Part shown: positions 1 through 10,466 of the stretch, one piece after another | Layout of the letters: every line of letters starts with the position of its first letter | How positions within the stretch are numbered: the first letter of the stretch is position 1 | Assembly (NCBI GenBank): GCA_046563655.1 | Contig: CM102286.1 | Location: 12,090,001-12,154,000 of the forward strand | Length of the DNA: 64,000 bases | DNA from: Yuukianura sp. NJ FZ-2021 | Taxonomy: Eukaryota | Direction: 5' to 3' | The notes under the pieces: generated by a model | What the model saw: the letters and a program-made list of their open reading frames with translations, nothing else | The model's database searches: none | What the model was told of the DNA's origin: nothing | Made by a program: the position numbers and the translations under genes

Positions 1-51
1 TTCAAATTTTGTACTTTCCTGTTGACGATGTTCCGTAAAAAAAATAGAAGT

Positions 52-1260
52 ATGGAAGAAACAACAGAAGACATTGAGGCCAAGTTGCGACATGGACTAC
101 ATCAATGGCCATCAATGTCTAATGCAGAATTGGACGCTTTTGGTAAATGACATTGGGGAGAATGCATATTTCAAATAACGCTTTCATTTTTTTTTGTTTT
201 AAAAGACTCAGAAATCCAACGGATTTTATCGGTGGACTTGCACGAAGATTCACAGAGCCTCCATGATGCTGAAGCGAAACTTTCCGCTAATCAGATGAAG
301 ATCATTCAATTATTCAAAGGCGAAGGTCAAGACCAAGAGGGAGGCAGGTTAGGCAAGTTGCGTTGTTGGCTGCGCAGTATGAAACTCAAATTTACGAGAA
401 ACTGGCCACAATCCAATGGAGTCATGTATGTCTCGACGCTGTTTGGGTTCAATGTCGTTTGGAACAAAGCTGTGTGCGAAGAAGAGTACTTTCGAATTGT
501 AAGAGCTTTTTCTATAACTACATCTCAAGATAATAACAAATTCGATTTTTCTACAATTGGCTAATGTTAAAATATGTATCAGCTTAACGTAATGGCAATG
601 GAGGCAATGCCAGGGAGTGACTTCATTTCCTCCCACTTAACAATGGTTCGCGTTGCTAGTGCTTTGCGGTGGTGGTGCCCTATAGTTCCAGATGTAGTCG
701 ACGAAGCGTTCGGGTTTCTCTCATGGAATATTGAAGCGTCTCCCCACGAACGCTTCTCAGCTAAACAACGCGGAGCAGTTCTGAACGTCGAGAAAGGAGT
801 GTTGATTAGTGTTTGCTCCACGGGCGTCGACTTTCAAGTGACAACATTTGACCATGGATCGTTTTCTCTCGCCAAAGAAACTGCACAAGGAGGTGAAAGT
901 TTTATTGAAACGATTTTTTTGTGGGGTTTCTCAAATGAGTTTTAAATTTTAGTCCTTGAGAAATTCAAGTCAGCGATTGCAAAACTGGGGAAGATCCATG
1001 AAAAGACGCTGCAGGGTTTCCGCATCCGTGTCAAGCTTTGCAAAGAAGCGCAACAATGTATCTCTTTGAAGGACATTCCAGAAGTAACGATGCAATCAGC
1101 TCTGCCTCATAAGGCAAACTACAGCGAAGTCGTCGAATTTTCGAGAGTTTTAGCCGCTGCTGATGAATCACAAATTGAAAAGGAAAAGCGATTACTGCTC
1201 AAGAAACTTTCAAAATTTATGACGAAAGAAGAACAGCAGCAAGAAAATCAGTCCATGTAA
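52..1260 (+). CDS. Uncharacterised protein, about 333 aa, 4 exons (52-142, 206-498, 583-892, 953-1260); may be 5'-incomplete
   Basis: GT-AG introns of 63, 84 and 60 bp with compatible phases join ORF-track pieces 232..564, 574..945 and 1066..1260 into one frame (MEETTEDIEAKL...QQQENQSM*). AATAAA near 1323. An AG at 47-48 could be an upstream acceptor. No family recognised. Confidence 0.75.
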
Positions 1261-1868
1261 AAATACAATACAAACGAAAGCCGGAGGCAAGCATCAATGA
1301 AATTAATTTGAAGCCATTTAGAAATAAAACCTCATAATTGCCGTATGTAGTACTACTACGTTGTAGTGGTACTCAAAATTAAAAAACGAATTACCATATG
1401 AATTTGAATTCGAAACTAATAACTATAACCTTACAACTACAATTGATAATTATTATTGACATTAACTAAAAACCAAACCTGTTTTCCTATTGTTTTGAAT
1501 AGTTAATGCTTCAGTTTGAGTTGAGACGAGCAGAATGGGTGTGCAAACTTCACAGAGATGTGAGTTTGTTATGTATTTTTGTCAAGCCAGAAAGTTGGGT
1601 TTATTTTGTTGGCTGCCCGGCCGAACTTTTTTTTTTTACTTCCTTCTTCATCGGATCGACATCGGACACCAGTTAGTTGCCTTGCAGAACAATTAAACTT
1701 GGAATTAATCGTACGTTTTTATCGCATTTGGTAACTTTCAAACTCTGAATGCATAAATGAACTATTCGTTTACCATAACAGTTATGTCCTAAGTGATCCG
1801 ACGTTATCAATTGATTTCTGTTTTAAATAGTGTTGTTCTTTTTAACATCAGGTGTCAGGTCCCCCTTG

Positions 1869-3307
1869 ATGGAATCCGAAACATTTCAAAAGGTCGAACT
1901 TGCAGAAAGCAACAACGAGCCTCTTCATAAAAAAGTCAAAACAGCAGGCGCAGGCGGCGATACTGAAACGGCGAATGGAGAGGACTCTAACGGTGTAATC
2001 GTAAAGACGTACCAGCTGAATCATTTTGGACACATTGAATTTAAGCAGATTTTGAGTAACAGCGTCGACTTCAAACGAGTTACGGTTGAGGGAACATATA
2101 AAGGCGACACCGCTGTGATCATACTGGACAAAAAGCCTTTCACGGAGGAAGGCCTGAAGACTACTTTTTTTTCTGAAAAGTCTGGACTTACACTTCTATT
2201 TCAAAACGATATTTACGGCAGCTACAACTGTTTGCCTGAAGAACAAGCAGCAGGTGAATGAATTAATGCGCTCTTACTTTCGTACCAGTAAGAAGCGACC
2301 ACTCAATTAATAGCCGATCTTTTTATTACAGAAATCAAGGCAACTGTTATTGCGCCAGCTACTCAAAAGCATATCGACAAATACAAGTTTTCTCAGTTGT
2401 ACTTTGTTGAGGAAACTCCGGAGTTGTACGAAAAAGTGACTCTTCCGTACTTGGAATCCACTCGTTTCAGCGTCGATGTATGTTTTTCGGTTTCATTGTA
2501 GGAATAGTCATGCAGAATCCGTGTTTGGATTGATAACATGTCGCTCTTTTTTTCTAGTGGGTTTATAACGTTCTTGAACATAAGAAAGAGGCAGAAAGGA
2601 TCGTTTTTGAGGACCCTGATCTCAAAACAGGATTTATTCTTGCCCCAGACTTGAAGTGGGACGGGAAGTCAATTGAAAATTTATATCTAACAGCAATCGT
2701 TCACCGAAGAGATATCAAGTCCATCCGGGAGCTTACAGCTGAGCATTTGCCACTTTTGGAAAACGTTTTGGAGCAGGGAACGGTGAGTGGACACGGGTGG
2801 GTAGATAGTAGTCAATCCCAATATTCCCAATAAGCTTTATTTCGTTTTGGAGTTCGTATTCGGACTTCGAAATTCACAATTATCATTTATCACGTGAGGT
2901 CACCAACTTCTTATGAATGTTTTCGTTTGTTTTAGAAAGCGATTGTTGAAAAGTACGGTGTAAAGCGGAGCCTACTTCGTGTTTACTTTCACTACCAGCC
3001 ATCCTATTATCATCTTCACGTACATTTCAACAGTGTCCAAAACCAAGTTGGAGGTAACGCTCAATCAGTTTACACCAAAAGTAAATGATGTTACAGACAC
3101 GAGTCATGAAAATGCCACAGGCCTATTTTATAATGTAATATTTGTTTGCATGCAGGAACATTTACCGAGAAAGCCCACCTTTTGAGGACGGTGATAAATA
3201 ATCTCAAGCGCGATAGTTTGTATTACGCCGAAGCGACGATCCCGTTCGTCGTAAAAGAGTGCGAACCTCTCTACAAAAAACTTGTGGAGTATGGCTACCA
3301 ATTCTGA
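1869..3307 (+). CDS. DCPS: m7GpppX diphosphatase (scavenger mRNA decapping enzyme), 5 coding exons (1869-2253, 2332-2477, 2558-2782, 2936-3053, 3156-3307)
   Basis: The spliced protein has [61 protein letters not shown] and the HIT motif [13 protein letters not shown]. All introns are GT-AG and in phase. Stop TGA at 3305-3307. Confidence 0.95.
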
Positions 3308-5462
3308 ATCACCTACTTCCACTACATTCATATCATCACCTACGTCCTCCCCTACTGATGTAGAAGAAGCCGCCACTGGTGTGGTAGAACCCACCACCGC
3401 TAATACAGAAAAAACAACTGCAGAAGAACCCAGCACCACTGTAGATGAACCGACCAATATAGAAGAACTCAGCAATTCAGAAGAACCCAGCAATTCCGCA
3501 GAACACATCACTATGGAAGGGCCCACCACCATTACCATTTACCAAGAATCCAACGAAGACCCTACCACCACAGAAAAACCCACCACTACAGAACAATCTA
3601 CCAGCACGCAAAAACCCCCCATTACAGAAGAATCCACCACTGTAGAAGAACCCACCAATACAGAAGTACTCAGCACCACAGAAGACTGCCCAATTATAAA
3701 AGACCCCCCTACATCCGAAGCACCCACCACCATAGTAGAACCCCCTGTTACGGAGGAACCCTCCATTGCAGAAGTACCCACCAACACAGAACAACCGACA
3801 ACTTCAGAAGAATCTACAACCACAGAACAACCCACCACTTCACAAGAAGCTACCAATAAAGAAGAACTCATCACTGAAGAACCCATCACCAAAGAACCCG
3901 CCACTGAACAACGTATCACTGAAGAACCCATCGCTGAAGAGCCCATCACTGAAGAACCCATCACTGAAGAACCTATTACTGAAGAACCTATTACTGAAGA
4001 ACCTATCACTGAAGAACCCATTGCTGAAGAACCCATCACTGAAGAATCCATCGCTGAAGAACCCATCACTGAAGAACCCGCCTCTTCAGCCGAAGCCACG
4101 GCTACTGATACAGAAGAACCCACCACTTCGGAGGAACCCAGCACTACAAAAGTAGCCGCCATTACTGACAACCAAGAAACCGCCACCACCAACGATTTTA
4201 ATTCAATCCTGGTTTTTGCCGAGTATCTTCCGAGACTTAGCATTTTGAACCTTTTTGTTACTTCCAACGAAACTGCCGCAGACTCCAGCGTCACCGTACT
4301 GAATGACACTCAAACATTAGCACTAACTAAACCTTCACTCTTCTGTCACTTCAATGATATTGCCTTTGATTGCAGTTGTCCCATTACAGCATGTCATTTC
4401 AATCAGTTTCCAAACACCCGTCACTTCCGCTTGGTGACTGAACCCCTCAATTGTACTGCAGGATCTTCTTCTATGGAACTCTTAAACCTTCGCTTGGAAT
4501 CACAAGATCAAACCTTCATGCGGTTGTTTCACTCTTCCCAGAATCCATTATCTCTTGAAGAGAATCAAGATTATTCACTTCACTGTCAAAACTGCAACTT
4601 CATTTTACGAGAAGGCGCCATTTTCAAAAAAATTCGTCAAGTTCCTTCCGATGGATGGGAAGAGAGAGCCAACGAGTATTGGTTCTGCCACCCACCGGAA
4701 CCCAATGATTTGGATTCACACTGCGTCTCCAAAGAGATGCAGTCGGAATCCAAACCTGACACTGGCGATTCAGTTACTGAGTCCTTGGAACAATTAACCG
4801 TTGACGAACCACCAGCTTCCGATATTTTTCAATTGATGTCAAATCCAGAAAACTCTATTTGTCTATTCGGGCCCACCTATTGGATACTCAACTCAACCGG
4901 CTTACTAATTAATCGGGATGACGACATTGCAAATTGTGGGAACTGCCAGCAAGAATTGGGCTTCTTCTTGTCCAAGCATTCCGTTCAAATATGGAATTTC
5001 GGGGTTTATTGGACTGGAGGTAGAGAGGACATTTCTACTTCATTGTCAAGCCCAACTTTGGACTTTCGCAGAATTGTATTTTCTTTACTTCGGGAAGCCA
5101 GTACTTCAATAACTCAAATTCTGCTGAAATCAGTTGATCGTGACAAGGTCATCTTCCTCTGGATTTGGGACACAGACGCTGATGTTCTCGTGGGAATAGA
5201 AGATGAAGAGGAAATTGGAGACGGACCTGGAATTTTGCACATGGAGAAGCGAAAAGGTGTCAAGCTCTTGTACAAAATTCTTCCTGGAGAGCTGGATTCC
5301 GGAAATATGGACGTGGATATGGAAATCACTGTCCCGAGAAACGTTGCTGATGCGGCTCTGGATACCATTTTGAGAACTCCCGTCACCATGAACTGCAAGG
5401 TTCCTTCTACGGGCAAAGTTCAGACTGAGATTCAACTCGAATGCGGATATCTCTTGTATTAA
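3291..5462 (+). CDS. UBE3D: Intronless 723-aa ORF: about 300-aa acidic Thr/Glu/Pro-rich repeat region followed by a UBE3D/Ipa1-like (HECT_2 family) domain
   Basis: First ATG is at 3291. The C-terminal half shows VFAEYLPRL, a CxxC (LHCQNC), the signature RQVPSDGWEERANEYWFCH (cf. LPSENW.E...W.CH), a second CxxC (CGNCQQELG) and a KLLY motif. ATTAAA near 5503. Confidence 0.8.
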   Translation: MATNSESPTSTTFISSPTSSPTDVEEAATGVVEPTTANTEKTTAEEPSTTVDEPTNIEELSNSEEPSNSAEHITMEGPTTITIYQESNEDPTTTEKPTTTEQSTSTQKPPITEESTTVEEPTNTEVLSTTEDCPIIKDPPTSEAPTTIVEPPVTEEPSIAEVPTNTEQPTTSEESTTTEQPTTSQEATNKEELITEEPITKEPATEQRITEEPIAEEPITEEPITEEPITEEPITEEPITEEPIAEEPITEESIAEEPITEEPASSAEATATDTEEPTTSEEPSTTKVAAITDNQETATTNDFNSILVFAEYLPRLSILNLFVTSNETAADSSVTVLNDTQTLALTKPSLFCHFNDIAFDCSCPITACHFNQFPNTRHFRLVTEPLNCTAGSSSMELLNLRLESQDQTFMRLFHSSQNPLSLEENQDYSLHCQNCNFILREGAIFKKIRQVPSDGWEERANEYWFCHPPEPNDLDSHCVSKEMQSESKPDTGDSVTESLEQLTVDEPPASDIFQLMSNPENSICLFGPTYWILNSTGLLINRDDDIANCGNCQQELGFFLSKHSVQIWNFGVYWTGGREDISTSLSSPTLDFRRIVFSLLREASTSITQILLKSVDRDKVIFLWIWDTDADVLVGIEDEEEIGDGPGILHMEKRKGVKLLYKILPGELDSGNMDVDMEITVPRNVADAALDTILRTPVTMNCKVPSTGKVQTEIQLECGYLLY
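3869..4080 (+). repeat. 15-bp coding minisatellite (ATCACTGAAGAACCC)n encoding (ITEEP)n, about 14 units, inside a wider degenerate EEP(T/S) array (about 3360-4190)
   Basis: Directly visible tandem units with synonymous and ACT/GCT variants. Confidence 0.95.
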
Positions 5463-5730
5463 GACTTATTTTTTGCATTGTTTGAATCGTTTTGGTATAT
5501 TGATTAAAAACATCAATGTTAAATATCCGAAATAGTCGATTAACATGCGGGGTTTTTGTTTGTTTTTCGTTATGGAAAAGTTTTTTTTTTCAGAAGGAAA
5601 GTTTGCCTGTGGTTTGGTTTGGATAGTTTGGAAAGGGAATGGGAAGGTGTAAACTTTTTATAAAGTTGTCTGTCACTTGAGTTTTGTGTATGTATGAGTT
5701 TCGCTATTCGGTCATTCAGTTTTCAAGTTC

Positions 5731-8700
5731 ATGATTGGACGGACTCTGCCTTTCTGCTTCTCCTCCACTCTACGTTTCCGTCAATTCTTTTGGTCAACAT
5801 TGCAGCACTCGACAATGGCACCAGTCCCAAGTCATTATGATTATTTGGTTATCGGAGCTGGATCGGGTAAGCACTTTATTCATTGATTTAAAAACGTATA
5901 CCTCATCTACTCCGAATGAAATAATCTTTAAGGACGGGTAAGAGGCAGCGTTTGTTTACGATTTGGTGTCAGCCATTGTCATTAGCAACAAAGCAAAATC
6001 ACTGCTCAAACTTGCAAAAGTCGGCACTGTTTCCAATGATTGACAAACCGAAGTTTTTCGCAGGATAGGAATTCAAACAACCTGGGACTCAACAACAACC
6101 TTGTGCCCATGGAAACGGTTGATTTCGGTGCCGATATTTGCAAATTATTGAATAATGTCAGAATTACATCTCTTTTGTCTTATAACTTTTTTATTATAAG
6201 ACCTAAAAATGCGTGTAAGGTGTCTAAAAATCCGGAAGACCATGGCGCATAATAGTTAGGGGCCAATTTCCAAATTTTTTGTGTCATACAATACTTATAC
6301 AAAATTGAACCTTTGTATCGGATTTTTAGTATCATTCAGCAGCAAGAAGTCAAATTCTGACGCCTAATAATTATTCTACGAATATCAAGGAATTTTTAGA
6401 GCCATTGCACAAATTTCTAGGTGATTCCTGTGAAGACTTATTAAGCCTGAAAGTTAATTAATTTGAGGCAAAACGAGACCCACCGTTGCCATGTCTTATT
6501 CCTTCTTAAGTCCAAACAGAAACAGATTAACCGTAATGTAACTACGCCAGTTTTTTGTAGGCGGGATTGCCAGTGCACGACGTGCGGCAGAATTTGGTGT
6601 CAAGGTAGCTGTTATTGAATCTGGACGATTAGGCGGAACTTGTGTAAGTATATTGATTCAATATTATTGAATATGGACCACCCTTGTAGTTGTATCCTTG
6701 TATCGGATATCGGATCACTAACATTTTCGTGTTTTTTTTTTCCTTTTGATTTCAGGTAAACGTGGGATGTGTACCGAAAAAAGTAATGTTTTATGCATCG
6801 AATTTGCGAGAACATGTTCACGATTACAAGGGCTATGGATTTGACGTACAACTTAATGGATTTGATTGGGGGTGAGACTGAGAGTGCATTCGATTCGTAA
6901 AATGGAAACGTTTTTTAGTAATGGTGGAGAATAATGTATTTTTAATTCTTCTAGTAAACTAAAAACCGCCAGAGATGCGTACATTACTCGTCTGAACGGG
7001 ATTTACGGAACGAATTTGAGTAACTCGAAAGTGGAGTTGTTCCGAGGAGCTGCAAAATTCGTCGGTAAGTCAGCTTGTGTTAGCATGGTAATGATACTTG
7101 AAGCGGTTCCATGTCATAGCGGCCGGATTAAAAGCTGTCAATCCAATAACTGCCGATGGCAAAACCAGTCGAAGTTAAGGAAAAAGGTTGTGAAAAAACT
7201 CAAATTGGTTGTTAATTTAATTAATCAAATTCTAACTGAAAATCCTAAACTAGGCTACATTAATTAACCTAACCTACTTATTTAGCTTAAGTAATTCTAA
7301 CACTCGCCGCGTTGGTATCGGCCCCTTTTGGTTCGGCTACTATACCTGCCAGACCTGAAGCAATTAACTATACATTATATATGTACTTGTATTTGTATTA
7401 TGATTTTTATAGGTGATCATGAAGTTGAAGTGAACGATACGCGTATTACTGCTAAACACATCCTGATTGCCACGGGCGGTTATCCACGTATCCCCGAAGA
7501 TATTCCTGGGGCAAACTTCGGGATTTCCAGTGACGGATTCTTTGAATTGGAGAAACTACCAGAGTAAGCCGTATACTTTATTCTCATGTCATTGTTTTTT
7601 AAAAAAAACTTTGCATCAACTCGTAGAACTGTCTGCGTCGTTGGAGCTGGATATATTGCGGTAGAGGTAAATTAAAACCCCATTCTAGTCTTTCTCTTAT
7701 TTAGTTTTTGTAAATGGGAAGGCAAATGCTTTTCACCTTAGTACTTAAGCTACCGTACCGTACTGTGCTACAGTACGGAAACAATGATATTTCTACAGTA
7801 TAGTTTGTTTTATTATAGTTGGCAGGTATCCTTCAGTCTCTCGGCTCGAAAGTGACAATGGTTATCAGAGGGAAGCAAGTGTTGAGGACATTTGATACGC
7901 TTATCAGCGACAAAGTTACGGAGAACTTGGAACAAAGCGGTATAACAATCAGAAAGGAATCACTGGTGAGGTTTCTTTAGGAATCATCTTAAAATCTACT
8001 TGAAGAAGGTGAATTAGTATTGCAAAATATAACCTCTTTTTTAGGTCACTGAAGTCAAGAAAGGTGATGGCGAAAAATTGACAATTTCAACCAACCATGG
8101 TCTACTCGAGGCGCCAGTGGATTGCTTGATCTGGGCAATCGGGAGGGATCCACACGTTGATATTGGACTAGAAAAAACAGGAATCAAGCTAGATGCAGAA
8201 CGTCACATCATCGTTGATGAGTAAGCATATTTAAAATAACACTGAGACGTTATATAAATTGTCAGATAGCAAAATAATTGTTTTCTGGTGAAGATTCCAG
8301 AACACCTCTGTGCCTAACGTGCATGCCATTGGAGATGTTTGTGGGAAGTGGCAATTGACCCCTGTAGCAATTGCCGCCGGCCGAAGACTGGCTCATCGTC
8401 TATTCAATGGTGAAACGAACCTGAAGCTCTCCTATGACCAAATTCCAACAGTGATATTTTCTCATCCACCAACTGGGACTGTGGGAATGAGTGAAGCGGA
8501 GGCACGTAGCAAATACGACAAGGTCAAAGTCTATTCCAGTGCTTTCGTCCCAATGTACTTTGCAATGTCGGAACGGAAAGTCAAAACGTACATGAAGGTC
8601 ATTTGTCAAGGAGATGACGAGAATGTCGTTGGCCTCCACATGATTGGAATGGATTGCGACGAAATTCTTCAAGGATTTGGAGTGGCAATTAAGATGGGAG

Positions 8701-8774
8701 CAACTAAGAAACAGTTTGATGAATGCGTAGCTATTCATCCCACTTCTGCCGAGGAACTGGTTACGCTACGTTAG
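5731..8774 (+). CDS. GSR: Glutathione reductase, 9 exons (5731 or 5815-5866, 6561-6643, 6756-6871, 6955-7064, 7413-7563, 7627-7666, 7819-7965, 8045-8220, 8294-8774)
   Basis: [23 protein letters not shown] motif, redox centre [32 protein letters not shown] motif, C-terminus [15 protein letters not shown] with no thioredoxin-reductase tail. All introns are GT-AG and in phase. AATAAA near 8842. Confidence 0.95.
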
Positions 8775-10109
8775 ACCAAAGCTATCACAACCAAATTGAA
8801 AGTACTAATCGTAAGTATTCAATTCGTGGGTGCTCATGATTAATAAAACATTCATTTTAAAATATAACATTTAACATTCTCATTTGCTCAACGAAGGATT
8901 CTCGAATTTCCGGGGTTGACTAGTTTCAGCGCTTAAGTAGATGTCAACATATTTTCCCGTTTATTGATACAGAACAAAACGGCAACCCTAACTGGAAATT
9001 AATCACTCCAACATTAACTCTAACACTTGATTGATAAAAAGCAATTTAACCTTGTCATATCTAGTTAACCGATTATGATTTTGATTGTTGATTATGCAGT
9101 TTTGACGTATAGAAGTTCAGAAGATTGATATATTCTGGTTGATTGATTATTGTAGCGTGATGAGATGAGTTTTGAAATTGAAAAGTGTCCGAGGTCACCA
9201 CGCGTTTGTGTAGGTCAATTTCAGTCTTTCTTGCTCCAGGTATTTTCCATTTGCTATTTGATATTAATTTGATCTAGTAAACTACCCTTGATATCCGATT
9301 TTTATGTGAACAACTTGATTGATATACGTTTGGTATTCTTAGAGCTTATATGTATGTTCTTTTTAACAGAGTATACTTAGTAAGTTTTTAGCAACTTTTT
9401 TTTGACGAAGAAAACTAATCTGAAAACATCTAAATTTTAAATCTGTCAAAGGAATTAATATCATAAACTTATTGAGGGAGAGTACAAAAATCACGTTCAA
9501 TTTGTTTAGTTATCAGAAATTTCACGTCCAGCGTCATGCGTCAAAAGAAAGCAAATACTGTGTTCACTCATCCAACCAGAAATTAAGTTTTTAACGAAGT
9601 TAATTTCTCTTTTGAAAAGCAACTTTCGCTTCTTGGAAGCACGACACATCCAAAATGAAATGATACTAAAGTGTCAAGTTGTCATTCCATTCATTGGAAT
9701 TGAAACACAACTCGCGAATTTAACACTTAGCAGTATGGAGAAAGCGTGATACTTTCTCCCATTAAGCACATGCGTAATACATCCAGGCGTAATAGAATAC
9801 TTAGCAAAATATTTCAATTTAATATTTCAAATAAAGCACCACACGCTCTACAATCAAACTCCGCTCGTAGTACATTTTGGCAAGAAGTTATTTTTATCCC
9901 CGTAATTGGCAAAATTACGTTATAATGTTACCGCAACAGCTTACAGGTTTTTCCGAAAGGTAAGCTGCAGAATACACCATATGGAAGATACAAAAGAAAA
10001 TTATGAGAATCACTCTCTCAAAACTTTCAAAATTTCTAAGTACCATTCAAACAAAAGTTTTTCGATTGAGTGCTTGCCAAACCAAAAAAATAACTTTCTC
10101 CATGCTTGG

Positions 10110-10196
10110 AACTTATAATTCCTATAACTCCTGTAATTTATAATTTCTATAATTCCCATAACTTATAATTCCTATAATTCCCATAACTTGTAATTC
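10110..10196. repeat. 25-bp minisatellite (AACTTATAATTCCTATAATTCCCAT), about 3.5 copies, downstream of the SNAP-25 stop (probable 3' UTR)
   Basis: Tandem units start at 10110, 10135, 10160 and 10185 (partial). Confidence 0.85.
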
Positions 10197-10466
10197 ATCA
10201 CATAAATTCACCTCCATCTTAATTGCTTACTTAATTAGGCTTTTGGAACAAAGAAAGTAACGAACTAAAAAGTAATCTATTAATTATACCCTCCTGTTGA
10301 TTGTCACTCACTCAGAATATCAAGATTTCATTGTTAGCGTTTTTCTTGTTTTAGTGTTTTGTTAGTTAGGCAAAATGCAGGTCGGTGAAAGTGGAAAGTT
10401 AAGTAACAGCATTTTAGCCAAACACTGTTACATATCGGATGTCTTCTCTGATAAGGTTATATATTC

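Noticed and set aside
400..740. Faint resemblance of the first gene to Nop14
   Set aside because: Only a vague pattern; key motifs are absent and the protein is far too short.
3128..4309. Long antisense and alternative-frame ORFs (3128..3538 -, 3477..3794 -, 3539..4309 -, 3766..4155 +)
   Set aside because: Shadows of the stop-poor ITEEP repeat; no independent gene signals.
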